From NCBI GenBank assembly GCA_013824685.1, contig PNOG01000008.1, positions 41,455 to 105,454 on the forward strand: a stretch of DNA of 64,000 bases. The letters run 5' to 3'. The DNA comes from Coprothermobacter sp. GTDB taxonomy: Bacteria > Caldisericota > Caldisericia > Cryosericales > Cryosericaceae. Within the stretch, counting starts at the first letter, position 1, and each line of letters opens with the position of its first letter. Positions 48,136 to 56,872 of the stretch are shown here, piece by piece. Under the pieces are notes generated by a model. The model was not told the DNA's origin. It saw only the letters and a list, made by a program, of their open reading frames with translations, and ran no database searches. The position numbers and the translations under genes are program-made.

Positions 48136-51100
48136 ATGGAGAACCCGCCGGACGAACTGGTCCATCTGATCGAGCGCTTCAAGGAACACCTGGAGCAGTA
48201 CAAGGGTGTCTCGTACGATGAGGCCAACACACGTACTGACTTCATCGATCCCCTGTTTGAGCTGCTGGGCTGGGACGTCGCCAACCGAAACGGCTATGCC
48301 GAGCAGTACCGCGAGGTTATCCGCGAGGACAAGGTCAGCATCGAGGGCGGCACCAAAGCACCTGATTACTGCTTCCGCATCGGTGGCGTCCGCAAGTTCT
48401 TCGTGGAGGCCAAGAAACCGTCAGTCGATCTGCGCAACGACCCCAGTCCCGCCTACCAGTTGCGCCGCTACGCCTACTCGGCCAAGCTGCCGCTGTCGAT
48501 CTTGACCGACTTCCAGGAATTCGCCGTCTACGACACGCGCATCAAGCCCGGCCCGAATGACAGCGCCTCCGTGGCACGCATCCAGTACTTCACCTTCGAG
48601 GACTATCCCGAGAAGTGGGCGTTCCTTACCGGTACCTTCTCGCGCGAAGCCATCCTTCACGGCGCCTTCGACAAGTATGTCGAGGACACGCGCAGCAAGC
48701 GTGGTACCAGTGAGGTCGACAAGGAGTTCCTGAGCCTCATCGACCAGTGGCGCGAGAAGCTGGCGCGCAACATCGCACTGCGCAACCGCGAACTGCCCCT
48801 GCATCAGCTCAACTTCGCTGTCCAGAAGACGATCGACCGCATCGTGTTCCTGCGCATCGCCGAGGACCGCGGCATCGACATCTATGGCACGCTGCACTCC
48901 CTGCTCAACGGCACGAACCAGTACACGCGCCTGCTGCAGCTCTTCACCCAGGCCGACGCACGGTACAACGGCGGTCTCTTCAACTTCGCCGAGGACATGC
49001 TGACGCCCGGCCTGACGGTCGACGACAACATCATCAAGGACATCGTCCGCAGCGTCTACTACCCGCAGAGTCCCTACGAGTTCTCGGTGCTGGACGTCGC
49101 CATCCTGGGCAACATCTATGAGCAGTTCCTGGGCAAAACCATTCGCCTCACCACGGAGCACCGTGTCAAAGTGGAGGAGAAGCCCGAAGTCAAGAAAGCC
49201 GGCGGCGTCTACTACACCCCCAGGGACATCGTGGAGTACATCGTGGACCATACCGTCGGGGAGGCACTCAAGGAGACGATCCCGTCCAAGGTCGAGCAGC
49301 TGCGTATCCTCGACCCCGCCTGCGGTTCCGGCAGCTTCCTGCTAGGATCATATGACAAGCTGCTCAGCTGGCACCTGGACTGGTACGCACAGGAGACGCA
49401 CCGGGCTAAAGCGCTCAAAGACTACCGCATCATCGAGCCGCGCACAGGTGACTATCGCCTGACCATCGACGAGAAGCGCCGCATCCTGACCAACAACATC
49501 TACGGCGTGGATATCGACGACCAGGCGGTCGAGATCGCCAAGCTGTCGCTGACCCTGCGGTTGCTGGAGGGCGAGACCTCTGAGACCGCCGAGCTGTTCA
49601 CCAGGGGTGGCCGCCAGCGCCTGCTCCCCAAGCTGGAGGCCAACATCAAGTGCGGCAACTCCCTCATCGGTCCCGACTTCTACAGCGACGCCGACGAAAG
49701 CCTCTTCATCAGTGACGACACCCGCTACCGCATCAACGCCTTCGACTGGAAGGGCACCTCCGGCTTCAAGCAAGTCTTTGATACCCGTGGCGGTTTCGAC
49801 GTCGTGCTGGGCAACCCGCCGTATATCCGTATCCAGGCACTCAAGGAGTTCAACCCTGTCGAAGTCGAATACTACAAAGGGAAGTACCGTGCGGCAAGCA
49901 AGGGCAACTACGACCTGTATGCCGTATTCGTCGAGAAGGGCTTGAGCGTCCTGAATGATCACGGCCGCCTGGGCTACATCCTGCCACACAAGTTCTTCAA
50001 CGCCCAATACGGCGAACCGCTGCGCAAGCTGATTGCAGACGGTGGTCATCTGCGGAGCATTGTCCATTTTGGGGACCAGCAGGTCTTTGACAACGCGACC
50101 ACCTACACGTGCCTGCTCTTCCTTGATGCTCAACCACACGAGAGCTTTCACATCGCCAAGGTCACCGATCTTGCTGCATGGCGCCGCGACCGCTCCGCCA
50201 CCGAGGGCGATCTTCTCGCGACCACGGCCACCTCAGCCGCATGGAACTTCACTGTCGGCAATGGAGCCGCCCTCTTCGAGAGGTTGAGTAAGATGCCGGT
50301 GAAGCTGGGGGACATAGCGCAGAAGATCGCTCAAGGCATTAGGACAAGCGCAAATGAAGTATACGTAGTGAACGTCCTGAGCGATGATGGCACCACGATG
50401 GTAGTGAAATCCAAGTTCCTGCAACGCAGCACGCAGATCGAGTCTGCCTCGACACTGCGTTTTGTCGAAGGAAAGGAGATTCGCAGGTACTCGATCAGTC
50501 CGACCGGCAAAGCGGTCATCGTTCCGTATCTAGTAGCCCATGGAAAGGCCGAGCTTCTCCCGTCAAAGCAACTCCAGCATGATTGGCCGCTTACCTACGC
50601 GTACCTGAACGAGGCCAAGAGTCACTTGCAGGGGCGCGAAGACAACAAGATGGCTGGCGATGACTGGTACGCATTCATCTACCCAAAGAACATCGAGGCG
50701 ATGACAGCGGCGAAAATCATCGTCCCTGACATTGCATCAGGATCCTCCTTTGCGTGGGACTCGGAGGGAGCGTTCGCCCTTACCAGCGGCTACGCCATCA
50801 CATTGAAGCGCGACTGTGAAGTAGCACCACTGTACGTCCTCGGCCTGCTCAACAGCTCGTTGATCGAAACATATTGGAAGCAAGTCAGTACCCCGATTCG
50901 AGGTGGCTTTTACAGATTCTTCAGCCAATTTCTGGCTCAGCTGCCAATCCGTCCTATCGACTTCGTTAAGCCTGCCGACAAGGCGATGCATGACGAGATG
51001 GTCCGCCTCGTCGACCAGATGCTGACGCTTCATCGTCAGCTCGCCGTCTCCGGCACCGACCGCGAGAAGTCCAGCCTTCAGCTCCAGATCACCGCCCTCG

Positions 51101-51180
51101 ACCGCGCCATCGACTCCCTTGTCTTCCGCCTGTACGATCTGGGCGATTCCGACATAGCTGCACTCATCAGCAACCACTGA
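48136..51180 (+). CDS. Type IIG restriction-modification enzyme: single-chain PD-ExK nuclease, gamma-class N6-adenine DNA methyltransferase and C-terminal target-recognition domain (Eco57I/MmeI-like architecture)
   Basis: N-terminal nuclease motif APDYCF...KFFVEAKKP (D...ExK). MTase motif I ILDPACGSGSFLL and motif IV VLGNPPYIR. An approximately 350-aa C-terminal region follows. No separate M or S gene is nearby. Confidence 0.8.
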   Translation: MENPPDELVHLIERFKEHLEQYKGVSYDEANTRTDFIDPLFELLGWDVANRNGYAEQYREVIREDKVSIEGGTKAPDYCFRIGGVRKFFVEAKKPSVDLRNDPSPAYQLRRYAYSAKLPLSILTDFQEFAVYDTRIKPGPNDSASVARIQYFTFEDYPEKWAFLTGTFSREAILHGAFDKYVEDTRSKRGTSEVDKEFLSLIDQWREKLARNIALRNRELPLHQLNFAVQKTIDRIVFLRIAEDRGIDIYGTLHSLLNGTNQYTRLLQLFTQADARYNGGLFNFAEDMLTPGLTVDDNIIKDIVRSVYYPQSPYEFSVLDVAILGNIYEQFLGKTIRLTTEHRVKVEEKPEVKKAGGVYYTPRDIVEYIVDHTVGEALKETIPSKVEQLRILDPACGSGSFLLGSYDKLLSWHLDWYAQETHRAKALKDYRIIEPRTGDYRLTIDEKRRILTNNIYGVDIDDQAVEIAKLSLTLRLLEGETSETAELFTRGGRQRLLPKLEANIKCGNSLIGPDFYSDADESLFISDDTRYRINAFDWKGTSGFKQVFDTRGGFDVVLGNPPYIRIQALKEFNPVEVEYYKGKYRAASKGNYDLYAVFVEKGLSVLNDHGRLGYILPHKFFNAQYGEPLRKLIADGGHLRSIVHFGDQQVFDNATTYTCLLFLDAQPHESFHIAKVTDLAAWRRDRSATEGDLLATTATSAAWNFTVGNGAALFERLSKMPVKLGDIAQKIAQGIRTSANEVYVVNVLSDDGTTMVVKSKFLQRSTQIESASTLRFVEGKEIRRYSISPTGKAVIVPYLVAHGKAELLPSKQLQHDWPLTYAYLNEAKSHLQGREDNKMAGDDWYAFIYPKNIEAMTAAKIIVPDIASGSSFAWDSEGAFALTSGYAITLKRDCEVAPLYVLGLLNSSLIETYWKQVSTPIRGGFYRFFSQFLAQLPIRPIDFVKPADKAMHDEMVRLVDQMLTLHRQLAVSGTDREKSSLQLQITALDRAIDSLVFRLYDLGDSDIAALISNH

Positions 51181-52049
51181 TGAATCATTCCGAGCAGCAA
51201 GACCAGGATGACCTAGAGGTCTTCCAGGAATTTGCGCACAGTGAAGGCGGCCCCAGGTCGCACTGGGACTCTGTGGAGCATGGCGATGAGCACAAGGCAG
51301 TGCCAGACATGGTCTGCCGGTCAGCAGACGTTATCGCATACTACGAGTTGACTCAGGTTGACCCTAAGGAATTATACGACCTTGTGGCATGGTCCCAATC
51401 AGATCGACAGAATCCGTCCTCAAACCGACATTTGTTGACTTCGACGGAGTGGCCTTTGTTTCGCGCGAAGTATCGCGGCTATGTCCTCGACCTTGGCGAA
51501 CCCGAGGAAAGTGTGCATCCACACAATGCTATCCAGCGGGTATTCAAGTACCTTCTGAAACGCGACCCCCGGATTGACTATCCTCAAGGTCCAGATGGTG
51601 AAACGCTCATACCATATGATGACATTACTCCCGACGGAGACCTTGATGTCTCGCTATATAGATTGCATCAAGGCAACCAGTATCTGAGTATCTGCCATCT
51701 CCCAGGCGTGTGTCTCTACCCGATGTCTTCTGTAGAAGATCCCGAGATTTGGCACGGAGCAGTCACGTCACGAAATCCTGCCGTCTCCCGGATTGCCGAG
51801 AAGTGCGAAAAACAATATCGCGACGAGTCCGGCCGAGAACCGCTTTGCCCCGAGCGCGCGCATCTGGTGCTATGGACCGACATCAGTGGATTCCTCGAAG
51901 AGACGACTGAATACCTGGAATCCAGTATTGGCCGCTCCGTCTGGGAGTCAGCTTTCGCCTCAGTCTGGTTGTTTGACCGGGTGCGCCAACGAATCGCCTG
52001 TCATATCCTTGGCCCCAGCAGCTCCGAGATACGGTCAGTTACCCCGTAG
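51180..52049 (+). CDS. Hypothetical 289-aa protein translationally coupled to the type IIG enzyme
   Basis: The ATG shares its A with the upstream TGA (cacTGATGaat), and there is no SD of its own. Acidic N-terminus. I recognise no motif. Confidence 0.55.
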   Translation: MNHSEQQDQDDLEVFQEFAHSEGGPRSHWDSVEHGDEHKAVPDMVCRSADVIAYYELTQVDPKELYDLVAWSQSDRQNPSSNRHLLTSTEWPLFRAKYRGYVLDLGEPEESVHPHNAIQRVFKYLLKRDPRIDYPQGPDGETLIPYDDITPDGDLDVSLYRLHQGNQYLSICHLPGVCLYPMSSVEDPEIWHGAVTSRNPAVSRIAEKCEKQYRDESGREPLCPERAHLVLWTDISGFLEETTEYLESSIGRSVWESAFASVWLFDRVRQRIACHILGPSSSEIRSVTP

Positions 52050-52208
52050 GACCCGTTGAGTTTCTCTGTATCCCCCTGCGCGTCTACTTGGCTGGAGCCT
52101 GGAGAGAATTCTTGCCGATGGTCATTCTTGGCGCAACATGCCCCTCGCGGCTGAACCACAGAATACCAACTACCACCCCTAAACCAGGCTTCTAGTAATC
52201 TAGAATTC

Positions 52209-52236
52209 TTGACTTTCACCACTCTTGGGTTATATA
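52209..52236 (+). promoter_or_regulatory. Putative sigma-70-type promoter of the toxin-antitoxin operon
   Basis: TTGACT (52209-52214), 16-nt spacer, TATATA (52231-52236). AGGAGG at 52240 and ATG at 52251. A palindrome ttctag-taat-ctagaa lies just upstream at 52190-52205. Confidence 0.5.
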
Positions 52237-52250
52237 CATAGGAGGAAGGT

Positions 52251-52604
52251 ATGGGGAAGAAACGCCTGGTGTTGCTGCCAGAGGTGTTGGAGTTCCTGCA
52301 TGAACAGGATACTGCGGTTCAGCTCAAATTCTGGGCTATCGTCGAAGAACTGGAGAGAGATGGGGAGCTGTTCATGCCCCATGGCAGGAAACTGGAGCGG
52401 AATCTCTTCGAGGTAAGAGTCATTGAACCAGACGGCAGAATCAGGGTCTTCTATGTGTATGAAGGTGTGAACCAACTATTCGGGGTCCATGCGTACAAGA
52501 AGGCAACTCAGAAAACGCCACCGGGAGAACTACGAGTCGCCCGCTCCCGGAGAGCAGCCTTGGAACGACGTCTGCAGGAGGAGAACCATGAAGGACATAC
52601 GTGA
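52251..52604 (+). CDS. higB: Gp49/HigB-like (RelE/ParE superfamily) toxin
   Basis: LFEVRVIEPDGRIRVFYVY....FGVHAYKKATQKTPPGEL matches the Gp49-like (DUF891) toxin pattern. Toxin-first order with an XRE antitoxin. Confidence 0.7.
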   Translation: MGKKRLVLLPEVLEFLHEQDTAVQLKFWAIVEELERDGELFMPHGRKLERNLFEVRVIEPDGRIRVFYVYEGVNQLFGVHAYKKATQKTPPGELRVARSRRAALERRLQEENHEGHT

Positions 52605-52902
52605 CATGACGACCGACACGGAAGCGTATCGGTCGGAAATCAAGAAACTCATTGAGACTGATCCGAAGGCGCGGCAGATCTACATCGAGATGAAAGCCGA
52701 GTTATCGGCGGCGCGGCAGTTGCGCGAGCTGCGCAAGAGCGTTGGACTGACTCAGAGAGTCGTTGCTGAACGCATGGGCAGGTCTCAGGAATACGTGTCA
52801 AAGATCGAACATGCCGGATCTGATCTCGAGTACAGCACTATCGTCCGCTACGCATTGGCCTGTGGAGCCAAGCCCAGGAAGTTGGAATTCGACCCACTCT
52901 GA
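52588..52902 (+). CDS. higA: XRE-family HTH antitoxin (HigA-like)
   Basis: HTH LRKSVGLTQRVVAERMGRSQEYVSKIE. ATG 52588 is preceded by AGGAGG and overlaps the toxin 3' end by 17 nt. Confidence 0.7.
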   Translation: MKDIRDMTTDTEAYRSEIKKLIETDPKARQIYIEMKAELSAARQLRELRKSVGLTQRVVAERMGRSQEYVSKIEHAGSDLEYSTIVRYALACGAKPRKLEFDPL

Positions 52903-52937
52903 ACAGCAATGAGTTGCGCGAAGGAGGTAGCAAGCCT

Positions 52938-53729
52938 ATGACCTACTTTATTATCGATGCGTTCACAGACAGGGCATTCGCCGGAAATCCCGCGGCAGTG
53001 TGTCTTCTGGAGAGACCGCTGACTACCGAGCTCATGGCGTCCATCGCACGGGAGATGAACCTGTCGGAGACAGCGTTCGTCCTGTGGGAGGGCGACGCCT
53101 GGCGACTGCGGTGGTTCACACCAGCAGTCGAAGTGCCGCTGTGCGGCCACGGGACACTCGCTACTGCCCGGGCGCTGCACGAAGCAGGACTCGTCACCGG
53201 TGACAAGGTCCACTTCAACAGCTTGAGTGGGGAGCTTGCCGCCCGATACCAGGGTGACTGGATCGAGCTCGACTTCCCGTCGCTGCCCCCTTCGCCTGCG
53301 CCCGTCCCCGCAGGGGTCCTCGACGCTCTGAGGCTCGACACGACTCCCCGCTGGACTGGTGTCAACTCCCACCACTACTGGCTGCTCGACCTCGGTTCGG
53401 CGTCCACTGTGCGCGCACTTGCTCCCGACCGTACAGCCACCATGAAACTCAACGTGCCCGGCATCATCGTGACGGGGGCGGGGGATGCGCCGTATGACTT
53501 CACGTCCCGCTTCTTTGCGCCCGCTGACGGCATCTTCGAGGACCCGGTCACGGGTTCCGCGCACGCGGCCCTGACGCCCTACTGGAGCAACGTGCTCGGC
53601 AAGACCGACTTCGTGGCATACCAGGCATCTTCGCGTGGCGGCATCCTGAAGGTGCGCCTCGCAGGGAACCGCGTACTCATCGCAGGCAGGACCGTCGTGG
53701 TAGCAACAGGAGACCTGTACATTCCCTGA
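52938..53729 (+). CDS. PhzF-family isomerase
   Basis: FIIDAFTDRAFAGNPAAV, NLSETAFV, CGHGTLA, and the C-terminal SSRGG.... Confidence 0.85.
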   Translation: MTYFIIDAFTDRAFAGNPAAVCLLERPLTTELMASIAREMNLSETAFVLWEGDAWRLRWFTPAVEVPLCGHGTLATARALHEAGLVTGDKVHFNSLSGELAARYQGDWIELDFPSLPPSPAPVPAGVLDALRLDTTPRWTGVNSHHYWLLDLGSASTVRALAPDRTATMKLNVPGIIVTGAGDAPYDFTSRFFAPADGIFEDPVTGSAHAALTPYWSNVLGKTDFVAYQASSRGGILKVRLAGNRVLIAGRTVVVATGDLYIP

Positions 53730-53777
53730 AGGACCGCGTGTAAAGTCATGTCTGCAGATGTGAGAAAGGACTCGACT

Positions 53778-54404
53778 ATGAGTGTCCCTAAACTGACCTT
53801 CAGACTTGCGACACCAGACGACGCGCCGTTTGTGGCACCTTTCATGTATGACATCGCCCGCAGAGACCTCGACCCGCTGTTCACGGGTCTTGCCGCCAGG
53901 CTGTCACCTCTCGATATCATCGAGAGGTTCTATCGGGCTCCCGGCGGGATGTTCTCCTGCCGCAACACCGAAATCGCACTCCACGATGGCCTCCCGGCCG
54001 GCTTCATCACTGCGTACAGTGTGGCGTCGAGGAATGGCAGCTCTGCCTGGCTGGTTCGAGCAGCTGGACAGCTGGGAGCCCACGCGCTCGTGCGCCTTGC
54101 CTGGCGTGGTGTGGTCGTGGCCAGAGCGCTGCAGCGCAACCTGTCCGGCAGCTGGTTCATCGCTTTCGTTGGTGTGGACTCGCTGCAGCAGTCACTCGGC
54201 ATCGGTTCCTCTCTCATCGCAAGATCCATCCAGAGGGCCCGCGCGTCCGGGTGTTCCTGCGTCGAACTGGATGTCGACGTCGACAACCCGCGTGCCCAGG
54301 CGCTGTACGAGAGAATCGGGTTCCACGTCCTGCACGCCGACCGCCGGACAGCGTCCTCCATCATGGTCGAGAGTCGCCGAATGGTCCTGCAGCTTCCGCC
54401 ATGA
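53778..54404 (+). CDS. GNAT-family N-acetyltransferase
   Basis: Acetyl-CoA motif QQSLGIGSSLIARSI..A and LDVDVDNPRAQALYERIGF. The second ATG was chosen because it has an SD (gaaagga). An alternative start exists at 53748. Confidence 0.75.
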   Translation: MSVPKLTFRLATPDDAPFVAPFMYDIARRDLDPLFTGLAARLSPLDIIERFYRAPGGMFSCRNTEIALHDGLPAGFITAYSVASRNGSSAWLVRAAGQLGAHALVRLAWRGVVVARALQRNLSGSWFIAFVGVDSLQQSLGIGSSLIARSIQRARASGCSCVELDVDVDNPRAQALYERIGFHVLHADRRTASSIMVESRRMVLQLPP

Positions 54405-54468
54405 GTCGGGAAGAGCACACAGCTTTCTCTGCTATCCTGTTGGAGTATGACATGAAAAGGAGCGGGAC

Positions 54469-54990
54469 ATGAAACCAGCACAAGACACGACCTTCGCCGA
54501 AATCGAGTGGACGCAGCCGAAGTGGGGGCATCGAGCATGGGAGCTGCGGTCGGTCGGCAAGACAGTGGGGACCATGGCGATGCCCAGCATGTTCCGAGAG
54601 CACGCCGTTGCCACGCTTTCGACAGGAACGCTGGTCTTCAACCGTGTCGGGTTCTGGAGACGCCGCGCGACGGTGGAGACCGAGGACGGGGGCCACGTGG
54701 CTGACTTCGAGTCCACCTGGATCGGTGACGGGAGACTGTCGGTCGTCGGAGGGAACACGTATTCCTGGCATACCATCAACATGTGGCGAGGCGAGCGCGC
54801 GTGGATGCTGGAGGACAAGGAACCTCTGCTCCGGTTTCGCCAGCAGCGTGGATGGAAGATGGGCATCAACGCAACCCTCATCATCGAGCCGGCAGCTTTG
54901 CCTCTGCCCGAACTCCCCATCCTGGTCACCTTTGGCTGGTACCTGTGGGTCCTGGCAGCCTACGCTGCGGCAGCTGCGTCAAGCCACTGA
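54469..54990 (+). CDS. Hypothetical protein with a C-terminal TM segment
   Basis: AAGGAG lies upstream of the ATG. 173 aa, with a hydrophobic C-terminus LPILVTFGWYLWVLAAYAAAAA. Confidence 0.45.
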   Translation: MKPAQDTTFAEIEWTQPKWGHRAWELRSVGKTVGTMAMPSMFREHAVATLSTGTLVFNRVGFWRRRATVETEDGGHVADFESTWIGDGRLSVVGGNTYSWHTINMWRGERAWMLEDKEPLLRFRQQRGWKMGINATLIIEPAALPLPELPILVTFGWYLWVLAAYAAAAASSH

Positions 54991-55007
54991 CTCGTCACTC
55001 TCCTTCC

Positions 55008-55061
55008 GTCGTCCCCACGGACCCACACGACGATACAAAGACTGGATTCCCGCATACGCGG
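55008..55061. repeat. Degenerate copy of the two-hairpin REP-like element
   Basis: cgtcgtcccc-acgg-acccaca...ctggattcccgcatacgcgg aligns with the 91-bp unit, but hairpin B carries a deletion and hairpin A has a truncated right arm. Confidence 0.6.
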
Positions 55062-55094
55062 TACTGGCGGCCCAAGTCCCGGTCATGCCTCGCC

Positions 55095-55123
55095 TTGACT
55101 TGTGAAGACAATGTGAATATCCT
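55095..55123 (+). promoter_or_regulatory. Putative promoter upstream of the radical SAM gene
   Basis: TTGACT, 17 nt, TATCCT. Confidence 0.3.
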
Positions 55124-55224
55124 GACAAGAAGAATACGTGTCATCTGCGTCGTATATATGACAGGGTACTGACACGGTACCACCCCGGCACGGGGCAGGC
55201 GAGAAGGATGGAGGAGGCACGGGC

Positions 55225-56781
55225 ATGGCACGGGTGACACTGGTCTATCCTGACTATACGACGACACGGCTCTACAGCAAACCACGGCAGGCGAGAGTAG
55301 ACCGCGGGGGCTGGTATGCCGAAGGGCTGGCGGCTCTGTCCGCGACCCTCAAGCAGGCCGGTCACACGGTGAGCCTCGTGCACGTGACCCAACCCCCGAC
55401 GCGTAAGGACTTCGTCACGCGTCTCACGGCGACGCATCCCGACATCGTCGGGTTCTCTGTGCGCACCAGTGCCTTCCCGTCAGTCAGCGATTGGACCGGC
55501 TGGGCGAAGGATGCGGTACACGCACCCATCGTCTGGGGCGGCTATCATGCCTCGCTTGCGCCCGAACGCTGTATGGATGTCGTCAGTGTCGATGCCGTCG
55601 TACAGGGCGACGGCGATTTGGTACTACCTCGGCTGGTGGATGCCTGGGTCACCGGTAGGACTCCGCAGGATATTCCCGGCGTCTGGTGGCGCGATGGGCA
55701 GGAGCTCCGCCATGAAGCGGTCGGTCCCCTAGTCGCCAACCTCGACGAGCTGCCGATCCCTGATTTCAGCCTGTTCGACCGCAGTCAGCTCATTGCCACC
55801 CGCACGCACACCGCACTCGGCATGCTGTCGCGCGGGTGTCCCTTCAGCTGCACCTATTGCACCAACCACGCCTTCCGCTCCCTGTACCCCAATGCGAAGG
55901 ACTATCACCGGTCACGCACGCCTGAGGGGGCCATCGCCTACATCTAAGCGTTACGGGGCTGGTATCCCGAGGTCCGCGAGTTGCGCTTCCTGGACAACGT
56001 CTTCGGCATCTCCACAGACTGGCTTGCCCGGTTCGGAGAGTTGTACAAGCGCAAGGTCGGCCTCCCGTTCGCCTGCGACCACCGCGCCGAGCTCCTGACT
56101 CAGGATACTGTCCGGCTGCTGGCCGATATGGGCTGTACACAAGTCTACCTGGGCATCGAGTCGGGCGACGAGGAGCTGCGCCACCGGGCACTGGGCCGCA
56201 CGATGAGCAACGAACTCCTAGTCCAGGTGAACGAGCGGCTGCACGCGGCAGGCATCCGCGTCTTTGCCTACAACATGGTGGGGCTGCCCGGCGAAACACG
56301 CGCCACGGCGCTGCTGACCCCCAAGCTCAATGCACAAGCACACACGGATGACGCGTGTATCAGCGTTTTCTCGCCCTATCCTTCCACGGTCCTGTATGAG
56401 GGCAGCATCAAGGACGGGTCTGTCGCCGAACCCATCGACTACACGCGCCTGACGTTTCTCGACCAGCCTGCGTTCCACAGCAACGAGGTCGCCTTCATGG
56501 CTCTGTCCTTCAACACACTGCGCCGGTGGTATCAACGGCATGGCACGGACTCGCGCATGGGTCGCCTGATGGACCGCATCGTCCTGTCTCCCCGCCTGCC
56601 CATGCACTTCATCGTCGCCGTCACGGAGCACTGGGAAGGGGAACGCGAAATGATGAAGTCCTTCCTGCGCAACCGCGCGCCCGGCGTCTTCCTCTTCGTC
56701 AAGCGCCTGCTTCGCGGGCGCGTCACCTCTGCACCACACGCCGCCGCCCACGGCCATCAGGAAGGACCTCCCCGCTCCTGA
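55225..56781 (+). pseudogene. B12-binding-domain (class B) radical SAM enzyme interrupted by a single in-frame TAA (55945-55947)
   Basis: ORFs 55225-55947 and 55981-56781 are in the same frame. Reading through TAA gives the continuous sequence ...CPFSCTYCTN...EGAIAYI*ALRGWYPEVRELRFLDNVF...GIESGDEE.... The N-terminal B12-binding-like domain and CxxxCxxC lie in the first part, and the rest of the rSAM barrel lies in the second. Confidence 0.7.
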
Positions 56782-56872
56782 CGTTCTTTCTGCAACGTTC
56801 ATACCATCCTGGGGTCGTTGACCTTGCCCAGTCACGCCGCGCGCGTAGACTGAGAAGTCAGGAGGCAACACA

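Noticed and set aside
48421-49251. 276-aa antisense ORF inside the type IIG gene, plus another at 49348-50151
   Set aside because: Shadow ORFs. The sense strand carries the nuclease and MTase motifs.
43582-52937. Calling the low-G+C stretch a mobile element or prophage
   Set aside because: No integrase, transposase, phage structural genes, tRNA target or flanking direct repeats are visible. It is reported only as a compositional island in the findings.
55945-55947. In-frame stop as programmed recoding (selenocysteine or pyrrolysine)
   Set aside because: The codon is TAA, whereas Sec uses TGA and Pyl uses TAG. I saw no SECIS-like hairpin. A nonsense mutation or a sequencing error is more parsimonious.
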